A stretch of DNA of 64,000 nt from an uncultured Candidatus Rokubacteria bacterium (GCA_963747235.1 CAVVEU010000008.1:160001-224000), one strand, 5' to 3'. Positions 18,874 through 29,803 are shown, counted from the first letter of the stretch. Program-made: numbers and translations. Notes: generated from the letters alone by a model not told the origin.

Positions 18874-20097
18874 GTGCGGCTCCACCCGTTCCCGGCCCTG
18901 CGGCCTCCCGGCGCCCTGGCCTCGCGCGTCGCCTCGCCGCCCTATGACGTCGTCAGCCGGAGCGAGGCGGCGGCGCTGGCCCGGGACAACCCGCTCTCGT
19001 TCCTCCACGTCGGCCGCGCCGAGATCGATCTGCCCGACGCGGTGGACGCCCACGACCCGCGCGTGTACCGGGAAGCGCGGCGGGCGCTCGACCGGCTCGT
19101 GGCCGAGGGCGCGCTGCGGCGTGACGGGCCGGCGCTCTACCTCTATCGCGAGGTCATGGCGGGGCGCGCGCAGATCGGCGTGGTCGGCGGCGTGCACGTG
19201 GACGACTACGAGGCCGACGTCATCCGCAAGCACGAGACGACGCGGCCCGACAAGGAGGACGATCGCACCCGGCACGTGCTGGGGCTCGAGGCCCACGCCG
19301 AGCCGGTGCTGCTGCTCTACCGGGGCCGGCCGGAGCTGGATCGCCTGGTGGCCGCCGCGACGGCCGCGCCGCCGGTCTACGACTTCAGCACCGCGGACGG
19401 GGTCGCGCACACCGTGTGGCGCGTGGACGATCCGGCCCCGTACCGGCGCGCCTTCGCGGGTGTGGCCCACGCGTACGTGGCCGACGGCCACCATCGCTCG
19501 GCGAGCGCGTGGCGGGCCGCGCGGGAGCTGCGGGCCCGGAACGCGGGGCACACGGGCGCCGAGGAGTACAACTGGTTCCCCGCGGCGCTCGTGCCCGCCG
19601 AGCAGCTCCGCATCCTGGCCTACAACCGCGTCGTGACCGACCTGGCCGGGCGCGCGCCCGCGGAGGTGCTCGCGGAGCTGGGCCGCGTCGGACGGCTGGC
19701 CGTCACCGACGATCCGGTGCCGCCGCGCCCGGCCACGTTCTGCGTCTATCTCGGCGGGCGCTGGCACCGGCTCGAGCTGGCGGAGGACTCGATCGACCGG
19801 TCCGATCCGATCCGCGCGCTGGACGTCTCGCTGCTGCAGGAGCGCGTGCTGGGGCCGGTGCTGGGCATCGCGGATCAGCGCACCGACACGCGCATCGACT
19901 TCGTGGGCGGCATCCGGGGCCCGCGCGCGCTGGCCGCGCGCGTCGACGCGGGCGAGGCCGCGCTGGGGATCTCGCTCCACCCCACCACGGTGGAGCAGCT
20001 CATGACCGTGTCCGACGCGGGCCAGATCATGCCGCCCAAGAGCACGTGGTTCGAGCCCAAGCTCCTGAGCGGGCTCTTCGTCCACCCGTTCGCATGA
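18874..20097 (+). CDS. DUF1015 family protein
   Basis: SPPYDVV, KHETTR, ADGHHR, MPPKSTWFEPKL. Confidence 0.92.
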   Translation: MRLHPFPALRPPGALASRVASPPYDVVSRSEAAALARDNPLSFLHVGRAEIDLPDAVDAHDPRVYREARRALDRLVAEGALRRDGPALYLYREVMAGRAQIGVVGGVHVDDYEADVIRKHETTRPDKEDDRTRHVLGLEAHAEPVLLLYRGRPELDRLVAAATAAPPVYDFSTADGVAHTVWRVDDPAPYRRAFAGVAHAYVADGHHRSASAWRAARELRARNAGHTGAEEYNWFPAALVPAEQLRILAYNRVVTDLAGRAPAEVLAELGRVGRLAVTDDPVPPRPATFCVYLGGRWHRLELAEDSIDRSDPIRALDVSLLQERVLGPVLGIADQRTDTRIDFVGGIRGPRALAARVDAGEAALGISLHPTTVEQLMTVSDAGQIMPPKSTWFEPKLLSGLFVHPFA

Positions 20098-20117
20098 ACC
20101 GTTCCACGCGGCTCGCC

Positions 20118-20147
20118 TTGACAAGCGCCGGGGCCCTGTCCCAGAAT
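20118..20147 (+). promoter_or_regulatory. Sigma70-type promoter of sugar ABC operon
   Basis: TTGACA-18 bp-CAGAAT; SD AGAGGAGG before ATG 20218. Confidence 0.6.
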
Positions 20148-20217
20148 CGCGCCAGCGTTCACCGGCTCGATCGCTCGTCACCGCCGACGCAACCACCTTC
20201 AGAGGAGGGCGCATTCA

Positions 20218-21515
20218 TGAATACGATCAGCAGGCGGCGATTTCTCGGGAACGCAGGATTGCTCGGAGCGGGGGCGGTCCTGGCGGAGGGCGCGCTCCGG
20301 GGCGCGCGCGCGGACAAGCCGCTGAACTTCTCGGGATGGGTCTTCAAGCCCGACACCGTGAAGGACTACGTCGAGTTCTACAACAAGAAGCACGGCGGGC
20401 AGGTGAAGTACGAGGCGATTCCGTGGACGGCCTACCACCCCACCATGGAGACGCGCGCCTTCGCGGGCGAGATCGTGGACGTGATGTACTGCAACCACAA
20501 CAACCGCGAGCGCTGGTACGAGAACGGGCTGATCCGGCCGGTCGACGACCTGCCCGGCATCGACGAGCTCAAGAAGAAGATGACGCCCGCGAACCTGGAC
20601 AGCCTGAAGAGCAAGGACGGCAGCAAGCTCCTCGGCCTGCCCTACTTCACGAGCCTCTTCGTGCTCATCTACAACGAGCCGATGCTGCAGCAGGCCGGCA
20701 TCAAGGCCCCGGCCAAGAGCTGGGACGAGCTGGTCGAGCACTGCACCAAGCTCAAGCGGGACAAGGTCAGCGATACCCCGTTCCTGCCCAACTGGAACAA
20801 CAGCCCGTCGGGGACCATGCCCCAGTTCATGACCGACTGCTTCTCGGAGGGGGCCAACGTCTTCGACGCCAAGAACCGGGTGATCGTGGACCAGGAGCCC
20901 GGGGTGGCGCGGGCGATGGAGCGCTGGCAGAAGGTCTACAAGGCGGACCTCGTGAACCCCGAGGTGCTCACCAAGACCTCGTCCACCGACACCCACCGCC
21001 TCTTCTGGACCGGGCGCTACGCCTACCATACCAACCACTCGTACTATCTGAAGACGATCGCGGGGGAGCCCGAGAACTCGAAGCTCGCCCCCAAGAAGGC
21101 CAAGATGGCGATGTACCCGGGAACCGGCCAGACCTACATGTGGACCGACTCCTACGTGGTGAACGCCAAGAGCAAGGCCCTCGAGGACGCGTGGAAGCTC
21201 ACGAAGTTCCTGGGCGGGAATCTGAACGGGGACTGGTACGTCCAGCGGCAGTGGTGCCTGATCTCGGGCCTCGACAACCCGTACCCCGAGATGTACGACC
21301 ATCCCGAGATCATCTCGTCCTACGATCGGTGGATCGATCTCAAGCTCCTGCGCGAGCAGTACAAGAAGGGCAAGGTCATCGCCGCCTACAAGGAGCCCTG
21401 GTACGGCGAGTACGACACGAAGGCGGTCGCCACCGTCCACAACATCATCCGCGGCACCACCACGGTGCCCAAGGGCCTGAAGGATCTGGTCGCGCTCCAG
21501 AAATCGCTGGCGTAG
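20218..21515 (+). CDS. Carbohydrate-type ABC substrate-binding protein, Tat-exported
   Basis: SRRRFLG Tat motif; GLPYF, YNEPMLQQAGI..PAKSWDEL. Confidence 0.9.
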
Positions 21516-22517
21516 TTGGCCCCCGATCTCCGCCGCTCGACGATCCCGCAGGGATCCCGACCCCGGTGGCGGTGCCGCGCCTCGGGCTGCGGGCGGTGCG
21601 CCTCTCCGAGGCCTGGTTCGCCCGGCTCCTGGTTGCGCCCGCCGATCCTCGCCATCGTGGCGGTGGTCGCGGTCCCGCTCGCCTACTCGCTCTGGCTCTC
21701 GTTCACCGACGTCAACCTGCTCCGCGGCGGCGGCGCGGCCATCGAGATGTTCGGGATGCGCCTGCCGCTCTACCGCTGGGTGGGGCTGAAGAACTACCTC
21801 CAGGTCTTCTCCGACCCGCTCTACTGGGATTCCCTCTGGCGCACGCTCTACTTCGTGGGCGCCTTCGTGATCGAGGCGACCCTGGTCGGCCTCGGGGTGG
21901 CGCTGGTCCTGAACGAGCGGTTCCCGGGCCGCCCGCTGATGCGGAGCCTCCTCCTCGTCCCGTGGTCGCTGTCTCGCATCGTGGTGGGGCTGCTCTGGAT
22001 CGGCATCCTCGACTTCGAGTTCGGCGCCTTCAACGGCTACATGCAGCGGCTCGGCCTGATGACCGGGTCGATCTCCTTCTTCAAGGACGGCTTCAGCGCG
22101 CTGAACGTGCTGGTGTCGGTCTACATGTGGAACCAGGCGCCGTTCGCGACGCTGCTGTTCCTGGCCGGCATGCAGTCGATCTCCGAGGATCTCTACGCGG
22201 CCGCCGAGGTGGACGGCGCCGGCTACTGGCAGCGCTTCCGCTACGTGACCCTGCCCGCGCTCCGGCCGATCCTCTTCCTGGTGCTGGTGCTGTGCACGGT
22301 GAACGGCTTCCTCATGCTGGACCTCATCTACATCCTCACCATGGGCGGGCCCGCGAACGAGACCACCACGATCTCGTGGCTCGGGTTCCAGACGAGCTTC
22401 GCGTTCTTCAAGTTCGGCCCGGGGACCGCGATCCTCTACACGCTCACCGGGCTCTGCCTGCTCCTGACCTTCCTCTACCACCGGCTCATCCTGGCCCGCT
22501 TCGAGCCGGAGGGCTGA
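21516..22517 (+). CDS. Carbohydrate ABC permease (probable 5' frameshift)
   Basis: VGLKNY, EDLYAAAEVDGA, TMGGP. Confidence 0.9.
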   Translation: MAPDLRRSTIPQGSRPRWRCRASGCGRCASPRPGSPGSWLRPPILAIVAVVAVPLAYSLWLSFTDVNLLRGGGAAIEMFGMRLPLYRWVGLKNYLQVFSDPLYWDSLWRTLYFVGAFVIEATLVGLGVALVLNERFPGRPLMRSLLLVPWSLSRIVVGLLWIGILDFEFGAFNGYMQRLGLMTGSISFFKDGFSALNVLVSVYMWNQAPFATLLFLAGMQSISEDLYAAAEVDGAGYWQRFRYVTLPALRPILFLVLVLCTVNGFLMLDLIYILTMGGPANETTTISWLGFQTSFAFFKFGPGTAILYTLTGLCLLLTFLYHRLILARFEPEG

Positions 22518-22519
22518 CC

Positions 22520-23422
22520 GTGGCGACGGCGGTGGCGCGACCGCGCTACCGGGGCGGCAGCTACAAGGCGCGCTCCGGTCGGAGCCGCGCGCTCCTCTAC
22601 GGCCTCGTCGCCGTGGTCACGCTCTGGCTCATCGGCCCCTTCATCTGGCTCTTCGTCACCAGCGTCTCCTACCAGCGGAACCTGCTGGCCCGGCCGCTCG
22701 CCTTCGTCCCGCCCGAGGTCACCCTCGAGAACTACCGGATGATCCTCGGCCTCGTGCGCTTCCACGCCGAGGGCCAGGCCGCCAAGATCCTGCCCTCCAT
22801 GCTGAACACGCTGATCGTGGCCTCGGTGGTCACGATCGTGAACCTCGTGGTGGGCACCACCGCCGGCTACGCCTACGCCCGGTTCCGCTTCCCGCTCAAG
22901 ACCTTCTCGCTCTTCGCGCTGCTGTTCACGCGCATGCTGCCCACCATCGTGCTGATCCCGGCGTTCTTCGTGATGTTCCGGGCGCTCGGGCTGCAGAACA
23001 CGCTGGCCGGGCTGGTCATCGCCTACTGCTCCTTCACGCTGCCGTTCACGGTGTGGATCATGAAGGCGTACTTCGAGACGGTGCCGGCCGACCTGGACAA
23101 GAGCGCGCTCGTCGACGGCTGCAATCGCCTGCAGGCCTACTGGCGGGTCGTGCTGCCGGTGTCGGGCCCGGGGCTGGTGGCGGGCGGGGCCTTCACGTTC
23201 ATGCTGTGCTGGAACGAGTTCGTGGTCGCCCAGGTGCTCAACACCAAGCCGGGCACCACCACGCTGCCCCCGGTCATCGCGGCCATGAATGGGCAGGTGA
23301 ACGTGGACTACTCGGTGATCGCGGCCTCCGGCTTCCTGGGCGCGCTGCCCGCGGTGCTGCTCGTGCTGATCTTCCAGAAGTACATGGTGCAGGGCCTCAC
23401 CGCAGGCTCGGTCAAGGGCTGA
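22520..23422 (+). CDS. Carbohydrate ABC permease
   Basis: TLENY, ALVDGC, WNEF, FQKYMVQGLTAGSVKG. Confidence 0.92.
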   Translation: MATAVARPRYRGGSYKARSGRSRALLYGLVAVVTLWLIGPFIWLFVTSVSYQRNLLARPLAFVPPEVTLENYRMILGLVRFHAEGQAAKILPSMLNTLIVASVVTIVNLVVGTTAGYAYARFRFPLKTFSLFALLFTRMLPTIVLIPAFFVMFRALGLQNTLAGLVIAYCSFTLPFTVWIMKAYFETVPADLDKSALVDGCNRLQAYWRVVLPVSGPGLVAGGAFTFMLCWNEFVVAQVLNTKPGTTTLPPVIAAMNGQVNVDYSVIAASGFLGALPAVLLVLIFQKYMVQGLTAGSVKG

Positions 23423-24764
23423 GGCTTCCCGCGGTCGATCGCGACCCGCCCTCCTGGACGACGAACAGGCGCCAGTCGTCGGGCACGCCCTTCAAACGGT
23501 GCATGCCGCGATCGCCGAACTGGAGACCGGAGCCCGCGACCAGATCTCTCACGGTGCTGGAGACCAGCACCTCGTCCGGGCCCGCCATGGCCGCGACGCG
23601 GGCGCCGATGTGCACCGCGATGCCGACCACCCCGTCACCGACCCGCTCGCACTCGCCGGTGTGCAGCCCGGTGCGGACCTGGAGCCCCAGGGCGTGGACG
23701 CGCTCGCGCACGGAGCACGCGCAGCGGATCGCCCGGGCCGGGCCGTCGAAGGTGGCGAGCAACCCGTCGCCCGCGGTGTCCACCTCGCGGCCCCGGAACG
23801 CGGCGAGCTCCTTTCGCATCATGGCGTGCCAGCTGCCGCGCAGCTCGCGCCATCGCCCGTCCCCGATCTCGGCCACGCGCTGGGTGGACGCGACGATGTC
23901 GGTGAACATCACGGTGGCCAGCACCCGATCCGGCTCCAGCCGGCGTCGCTCCCCCGTGATGAATTCCTCGATCCGGTCCGCGATGATGTCCTGGGTCTCC
24001 GGATCGACCACGAAATGGTCCGTCCCGGGAATCTCCGCGTACTTGGCCCCGGGGATGTGCTCGGCCAGGTAGCGCCCCGTCCGGACCGGAACCAGCTCGT
24101 CACCCGCGCGATGGAGGATCAGGGTCGGCACCCGGATGGAGGGCAGGAGATGGCGGACGTCGATCTCGTAGTTGGCCCGGATCAGCGAGAGGACCGACCC
24201 GGGGCTGGCGGCGGCGCGCTCGATCCGGGCAAACCGCTGGAGGAAGGCCTGGTCTCCGCGCCGGCTCGGCACGTTGAGCACGCCCAGCACGCCCTGGCCC
24301 CAGTGCTTGTCCATCTGACCGAGAAAGACATCGAGCTGCTCGCGGGTCACCCCCCACGGCTCGGCGCTCATCGACGCGAACGTGCCGTACAGCACGAGGG
24401 CGGCGGTGCGCTCCGGATACGTGGCTGCGAACATCAGGCACATCGGGCCGCCCTCGGACCAGCCGTAGATGGTCGCACGCTCCGAGCCCGCCGCCTCCAT
24501 CACCGCGCGCACGTCGCCGCTCCGCTCCTCGAGCGTCTGCTCCGCGACCCGATCGGACAGCCCCTGCCCGCGCTTGTCGAACACGATCACCCGCGCGAAC
24601 GCGGTGAGCCGCCTGAGCAGGTGCTCGTTGATCGGCATCTCCCACAGGAGCTCGACGTGCGAGATCGTGCCCGGGATCAACACGATGTCGCGCGGGCCGT
24701 CGCCGAAGATCCGGTAGGCGATGTGCACGTCGCCGCTCTTCGCGTACCTGATGGGAGCTTCCAT
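23412..24764 (-). CDS. Alpha/beta hydrolase - class III adenylyl cyclase fusion (LipJ/Rv1900c-like)
   Basis: FDKRGQGLSD, GWSEGG; FTDIVAST, TAGDG, GLHTGE, AVHIGARV, LKG. Confidence 0.9.
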   Translation of the reverse strand: MEAPIRYAKSGDVHIAYRIFGDGPRDIVLIPGTISHVELLWEMPINEHLLRRLTAFARVIVFDKRGQGLSDRVAEQTLEERSGDVRAVMEAAGSERATIYGWSEGGPMCLMFAATYPERTAALVLYGTFASMSAEPWGVTREQLDVFLGQMDKHWGQGVLGVLNVPSRRGDQAFLQRFARIERAAASPGSVLSLIRANYEIDVRHLLPSIRVPTLILHRAGDELVPVRTGRYLAEHIPGAKYAEIPGTDHFVVDPETQDIIADRIEEFITGERRRLEPDRVLATVMFTDIVASTQRVAEIGDGRWRELRGSWHAMMRKELAAFRGREVDTAGDGLLATFDGPARAIRCACSVRERVHALGLQVRTGLHTGECERVGDGVVGIAVHIGARVAAMAGPDEVLVSSTVRDLVAGSGLQFGDRGMHRLKGVPDDWRLFVVQEGGSRSTAGSLSP

Positions 24765-24807
24765 GGCACCCTCCCGTGGCCCGGCGCCGCGCTCGGTCGC
24801 CGCCGCG

Positions 24808-25257
24808 TCAGTCCGGCAGGTAGAGGCGCGTGACGTGGTCGTCGGTGACCTGGCCGTCGGGAGTCACCGTGAAGTTCGACGTGATCAGGCCCTGCGCGCC
24901 CGCGAAGCGGCCGTCGCCGCCGGTGATCCGCCACATCACGACGCCGTGGCTCCCGCCGCCGTCCGGGGCCGGCCCCACGTGCCCGCGGCCCACCGTGTCG
25001 AAGGTGACGGAGCCCGCGCGGCCGTAGGTGATGGTGCCGTCCTCCACGAAGCTGCCGTCCGGGGCGCGCTCCACCCGCGACTCCAGCACCGCCGACTCGC
25101 CCGCGACCGGCTCGACCGCGGCGCTCACGCCGTCGGGCCCGACGATCGCGCGCCAGGCCTGGCTGGGCGCGGTGGTGCGGGCCTGGCGCTTCGTGGTCGA
25201 GCCGGGGACCGGCCCGCCGCGGCCGCGGAACTCGAGCGCGAACACGAGCTCGCGCAC
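24808..25257 (-). CDS. Uncharacterised beta-barrel protein (allene oxide cyclase/dirigent-like)
   Basis: WRITGGDGRFAGAQG motif; abuts the ADH stop. Confidence 0.6.
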   Translation of the reverse strand: MRELVFALEFRGRGGPVPGSTTKRQARTTAPSQAWRAIVGPDGVSAAVEPVAGESAVLESRVERAPDGSFVEDGTITYGRAGSVTFDTVGRGHVGPAPDGGGSHGVVMWRITGGDGRFAGAQGLITSNFTVTPDGQVTDDHVTRLYLPD

Positions 25258-25260
25258 GGC

Positions 25261-26353
25261 CTAGAACACGATGACGCCGCGGCCGAGCTCGCCGGCGGCG
25301 AGCGCGCGGAACGCCTCGTTGGCGTCCTCGAGCGCGTAGCGATGGGTGATCATCTCGTCGATGCGCAGCTTGCCGGCCTGGTAGAGGCTCACCAGCCGCG
25401 GCAGGTCCTCGCGCGTGCGGGCGCTGCCGTAGCTCGAGCCGCGGATGACCCGCTCGCCGGTCACGAGGGGCCGCGCGTCGAGCGGCACGGTGGCGCCGGT
25501 CTCCGGCACCCCGATCAGCACGCAGGTGCCGCCCGGGGCCAGGGCGTCCACCGCCTGGGTGATCGGCCGCGTGGCGCCCACCGCCACGAAGGTGAAGTCG
25601 GCCCCGCGCCCGGTGATGGCGCGGATGGCGGCGGCCGGATCCTCCTTCGACGCGTCGATCGCGTGGGTGGCGCCCACCGTGCGCGCGAGGTCGAGCTTGG
25701 ACTTCAAGAGATCGACCGCGATGATCGGGTGCGCGGCCACCATCGCGCCGCCCTGGATGACGTTGAGGCCGACGCCGCCCACGCCGAAGACGGCCATGCT
25801 CGCCCCCGGGGGCACCGCGGCGGTGTTGATCACCGCGCCCACGCCGGTCATGACCGAGCAGCCGATCAGGGCGGCGCGGTCGAGCGGCATCGCGGGATCG
25901 ATGCGGATCGCGCACGACTCGTGGACCACGGTGCGCGAGGCGTAGGTGGCCACGTGGCCGTAGTGGTAGACCGGTGCGCCGTCTGAGGCTCATCCGGGTC
26001 GTCCCGTCGGGCAGCACGCCCTTGCCGGGCTGCCGGCGCTCGCAGAGGTTGGGCCGGCCGATCACGCAGTAGTGGCAGCGCCCGCACGTGGGCGCCCACG
26101 ACAGGATGACGTGATCGCCGACCTTCAACTCCGTCACGCCGGGGCCGAGGGCCTCCACCACGCCCGCGCCCTCGTCGCCCAGCACGATGGGCAGCGGGAC
26201 GCCCTTCCAGGAGCCGTCGGCGGCGTGCAGGCAGCTATGGCAGACGCCGCTCGCGGCCATGCGCACCAGCACCTCGCCCTGGCGCGGGGCCTCCAGCGCC
26301 ACCTCCTCCACCCGCTGGGGCTTGCCCTGCTCGAAGAGAACGGCTGCGCGCAT
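25261..26353 (-). CDS. Zn-dependent alcohol dehydrogenase (frameshift near 25980)
   Basis: GVCHSC, LGDEGAG, CGRCHYC...NLC, IGCSVMTG, GVGGVG. Confidence 0.92.
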
Positions 26354-26370
26354 GAATGCCTCCGTGGGAT

Positions 26371-27324
26371 TCAGCGGCTGTAGCGGATCCGCGGATCGAG
26401 ATAGCTGTAGAGCAGATCCACCGCCAGGTTGATGGTCATGAACAGCACCGCGATGAAGAGGATGGTGGACTGGGTCAGCGGGTAGTCGCGCTGGTAGATG
26501 GACCACAGCACCAGGCGCCCGATGCCGGGGAGCGTGAAGACCTCCTCCACCACCACGGTGCCGCCGAGCAGGATGCCGATCTGCAGCCCCACCACCGTGA
26601 CTACCGGGATGAGGGCGTTGCGGAGGGCGTGCTTGAGCACCACGACCCGCGAGGCCAGGCCCTTGGCCGCGGCGGTGCGGATGTATTCCGAGTTGAGCAC
26701 GTCGAGCATGCAGGCCCGCGTGGTGCGCGCGATGTTGGCCGCGCTCGCGGTGCCGAGACAGAGCGCGGGCAGCATCATGATGGTGAGGTTGCGGAGGGGA
26801 TCGGTCCAGAAGTCCACCCACACCACCGGCGGCATCCAGCGCAGGTAGAGCGAGAAGAAGAGGATGAGCATGGTGCCCTGCCAGAACACCGGCACCGAGA
26901 GCCCGAGCAGGGTGCCCACGCGCGTGACGTTGTCCACCGCCTGGTCGCGGCGGATGGCCGAGATGATGCCCGCGACGCCGCCGAGGGCGAGCGCGAACGC
27001 CATCGCGAACACCGTGAGCTCGAGGGTCACCGGCAGCCGCTCCAGGATGAGCGCGACCACCGGCTTCCCGGTCCGCCACGACGTGCCGAAGTCACCCTGG
27101 ACGAGCCGGCCCAGCCAGCGCCCGTACTGCAGGTACCAGGGCTGGTCCAGGCCGAAGAAGCGCTTGAGCTCGGCCACCATGGCCGGGCTGGCGATGGCGT
27201 CGGCGCCGATCATCTGCTCGACCACGGTGCCCGGGATCAGGCGCAGCATGAAGAACACCAGCACCGTCAGGCCCAGCAGCGTCAGGGCCATCGAGTACAG
27301 GCGGACGACGAGATAGCGCGTCAC
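26371..27324 (-). CDS. Peptide/nickel ABC permease (DppB-like)
   Basis: GLDQP, LPVTLEL, YIRTAAAKGL, DPRIRY. Confidence 0.93.
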   Translation of the reverse strand: MTRYLVVRLYSMALTLLGLTVLVFFMLRLIPGTVVEQMIGADAIASPAMVAELKRFFGLDQPWYLQYGRWLGRLVQGDFGTSWRTGKPVVALILERLPVTLELTVFAMAFALALGGVAGIISAIRRDQAVDNVTRVGTLLGLSVPVFWQGTMLILFFSLYLRWMPPVVWVDFWTDPLRNLTIMMLPALCLGTASAANIARTTRACMLDVLNSEYIRTAAAKGLASRVVVLKHALRNALIPVVTVVGLQIGILLGGTVVVEEVFTLPGIGRLVLWSIYQRDYPLTQSTILFIAVLFMTINLAVDLLYSYLDPRIRYSR

Positions 27325-27330
27325 CTGGAC

Positions 27331-28893
27331 TCAGGCTTTATCGATCCAGGCGCCGTCGAAGCCGTACAGCAAAGTCGTGGGGTGCTGCTTGAAGCCTTTC
27401 ACGCTGGCCTGGGTGAAGTCGATGGTCTCGGCCGAGAAGAGCCAGAGGTGCGGGACGTTCTCCAGGATCTGGATCTGTACCTTGTCGTAGATCTCCTTGC
27501 GCTTCTTCTGGTCCATCGTGCGACGGCCCTCTTCCAGCAGCCCGTCCAGGTCCGGCACGCTCCAGCTATTCCAGTTCTGGCCCTTGGTCGAGTGCAGCGC
27601 GCGGAAGAAGGCGGTGTCCGGGTCGGCGTAGCCCGGGGTGGTGTTCATCGTCATGTCGAAGTCCTTGGCGAGCCACCGCTTGATCCAGATCGCGTACTCG
27701 ACCTGCTCGATCTCCATGGTGATGCCGATGCGCTTGAGCTGGGCCGCGATGACCGGCGCGCCCGTCACCATGGTGGGGAAGGTCGGGATCACCATGCACT
27801 TGACGGTGAAGCCGCCGGCCTGGCCCGCGTCCGCCATCAGCTTCTTGGCTTTCTCGACGTCGGGCTTGTAGTACTTCATCCACGCCTCTTCCGGAAGCTG
27901 CCACTGCTTCATCGGCGCGGTCGCCGGCGGGGTGAGGCGGCCGAAGCCGGCCGCGGCCACCCGCAGCACCTGGCTCCGGTCCACCGCCCAGCTGATGGCC
28001 TGCCGCACCCGCACGTCCTTGAGCGGCCCTCGGTTGGCGGTGATGTTGAGGAAGTCGTAGCCCAGGCGCGAGCTGCGGTACCCGGTGAGGGTCTTCTCGT
28101 CCTTGAGCAGGTTGTAGTTCTTGTTGTCCTCGATGAAGGCGTGATGGATCTGACCGGTGCGCAGCGCGGCCACGATGTTGGCCTCGTCGGGGATGGTGCG
28201 GATCACCAGCTCGTCCACGTAGGGGAGGCCCTTCTTCCAGTAGTACGGGTTCTTCTTCATCACGAGCTGCTGCTCCACCTTCCAGTCCGAGAACATGAAG
28301 GGGCCGGTGCCGAGCGCGGCCTTGTTGAGGTCGCCGTGCTTCTTGATCCCCGCCTCGCTGATGATGAAGCCCCAGAACCCGCCGAGGGCGGCGAGCAGGC
28401 CCGCGAAGGGCTCCTTCGTGATGAACTTCACCGCGTACTTGCCGGCCGGCTCGACCTTGTCCACCGCGATGAAGTCGGACTTGCCCGGCGACTTCTCGAA
28501 GAGCCGGTCGAACGTGAACTTCACGTCCGCGGAGGTCAGCTCCTGGCCGTCGTGGAACTTCACGCCCTGGCGCAGCTTGAAGGTCCAGATGAGGCCGTCC
28601 TTGCTCGTCTCCCACGACTCGGCCAGCTCGGGATTCGGGGTCATGGTCTCGTCGTAGCGCACGAGCTGGCTGTACATCAAGGGCGAGCGCCGGCTGCGGG
28701 AGAGCGCGGGGACGAGCTGCGGATCGAGCCCGGTGGCCTCGGTGGCCTGGGCCGAGACCAGCGTGCCGCCCGGTTTCGGCGTCTGCGCGGCGGCGTGGCG
28801 GCCCACCGCGAGGGCGCCGAGGGTGAGGCCGCCCGCCTTGAGGAGCTGGCGACGGCTGAGGTGGGAGCGGGGCGAGCCGTGGTCGTTGGTCAT
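27331..28893 (-). CDS. Peptide/nickel ABC substrate-binding protein (family 5), Tat-exported
   Basis: SRRQLLK, LAESWE, GVKFHDG, GTGPF. Confidence 0.93.
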   Translation of the reverse strand: MTNDHGSPRSHLSRRQLLKAGGLTLGALAVGRHAAAQTPKPGGTLVSAQATEATGLDPQLVPALSRSRRSPLMYSQLVRYDETMTPNPELAESWETSKDGLIWTFKLRQGVKFHDGQELTSADVKFTFDRLFEKSPGKSDFIAVDKVEPAGKYAVKFITKEPFAGLLAALGGFWGFIISEAGIKKHGDLNKAALGTGPFMFSDWKVEQQLVMKKNPYYWKKGLPYVDELVIRTIPDEANIVAALRTGQIHHAFIEDNKNYNLLKDEKTLTGYRSSRLGYDFLNITANRGPLKDVRVRQAISWAVDRSQVLRVAAAGFGRLTPPATAPMKQWQLPEEAWMKYYKPDVEKAKKLMADAGQAGGFTVKCMVIPTFPTMVTGAPVIAAQLKRIGITMEIEQVEYAIWIKRWLAKDFDMTMNTTPGYADPDTAFFRALHSTKGQNWNSWSVPDLDGLLEEGRRTMDQKKRKEIYDKVQIQILENVPHLWLFSAETIDFTQASVKGFKQHPTTLLYGFDGAWIDKA

Positions 28894-28915
28894 GGTCGTT
28901 CCTCCTGTGACGGGA

Positions 28916-29803
28916 TTACCGGGCGCCGGGGTCGAGGACATCGCGCAGGCCGTCGCCCAGCAGATTGAAGGCGAGGACGGTGATCATGATCGCGATGCCC
29001 GGGAACACCGAGATCCACGGCGCGGTCTCGAGATAGGTCCGTCCCTCGTTCAGCATGTTGCCCCAGGACGGCGTGGGGGGCTGCGCCGAGAGGCCCAGGT
29101 AGCTCAGCGACGCTTCGATGAGGATGGCCTGCGAGAGGGCCACCGTGCCCTGGACCACGAAGGGCGAGATCACGTTGGGCAGCACGTGCTTGAGCGCGAC
29201 CACCCAGCGGGTGGCGCCCAGCGCGCGGATGGCCTCGATGTACTCCTTCTCCCGCTCGGCGAGCACCGGCCCGCGCATGACGCGGGCGAAGAGCGGCACG
29301 TAGACCACCGCGATCGCGATCACCGCGCTGTTGACGCCGGGGCCGCGCATGGCCGCCACCCCGACCGAGAGCAGGAGGCCGGGGATGCTGAAGAAGATGT
29401 CGAGCACCCGGTTGATGACATTGTCCCAGGCGCCGCCCAGGTAGCCGGCGGTGAGCCCGAGGGCGCCGCCCGCCGCCATCGCCACCACGATGGAGGTCAC
29501 CGCCACGTAGAGCGAGATGCGCGTGCCGTGGATCACCCGGCTCAGCACGTCGCGCCCGAAGCGGTCGGTGCCGAAGAGAGCCTGGGCGCTCGGGCGGGCC
29601 TCGATCAGGTCGAAGTTCTGCTCGTCGGGGTCGTGCGGCGCGATGGCGCCCGCGAACGCCGCCACCAACACGATGACGACCACGCAGACCGCGCCCGCGA
29701 CGACCACGGCGCTGTGGGTGACGCGACGCAGCTGGCGGCTCCATCGAAGTCGGTGTGGCGCGACGGCCGTCGTGCCGAGCACCCCTTCGGACCTGACTTC
29801 CAC
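28916..29803 (-). CDS. Peptide/nickel ABC permease (DppC-like)
   Basis: FGTDRFGRDV, HVLPN, PSWG, GDGLRD. Confidence 0.93.
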   Translation of the reverse strand: MEVRSEGVLGTTAVAPHRLRWSRQLRRVTHSAVVVAGAVCVVVIVLVAAFAGAIAPHDPDEQNFDLIEARPSAQALFGTDRFGRDVLSRVIHGTRISLYVAVTSIVVAMAAGGALGLTAGYLGGAWDNVINRVLDIFFSIPGLLLSVGVAAMRGPGVNSAVIAIAVVYVPLFARVMRGPVLAEREKEYIEAIRALGATRWVVALKHVLPNVISPFVVQGTVALSQAILIEASLSYLGLSAQPPTPSWGNMLNEGRTYLETAPWISVFPGIAIMITVLAFNLLGDGLRDVLDPGAR

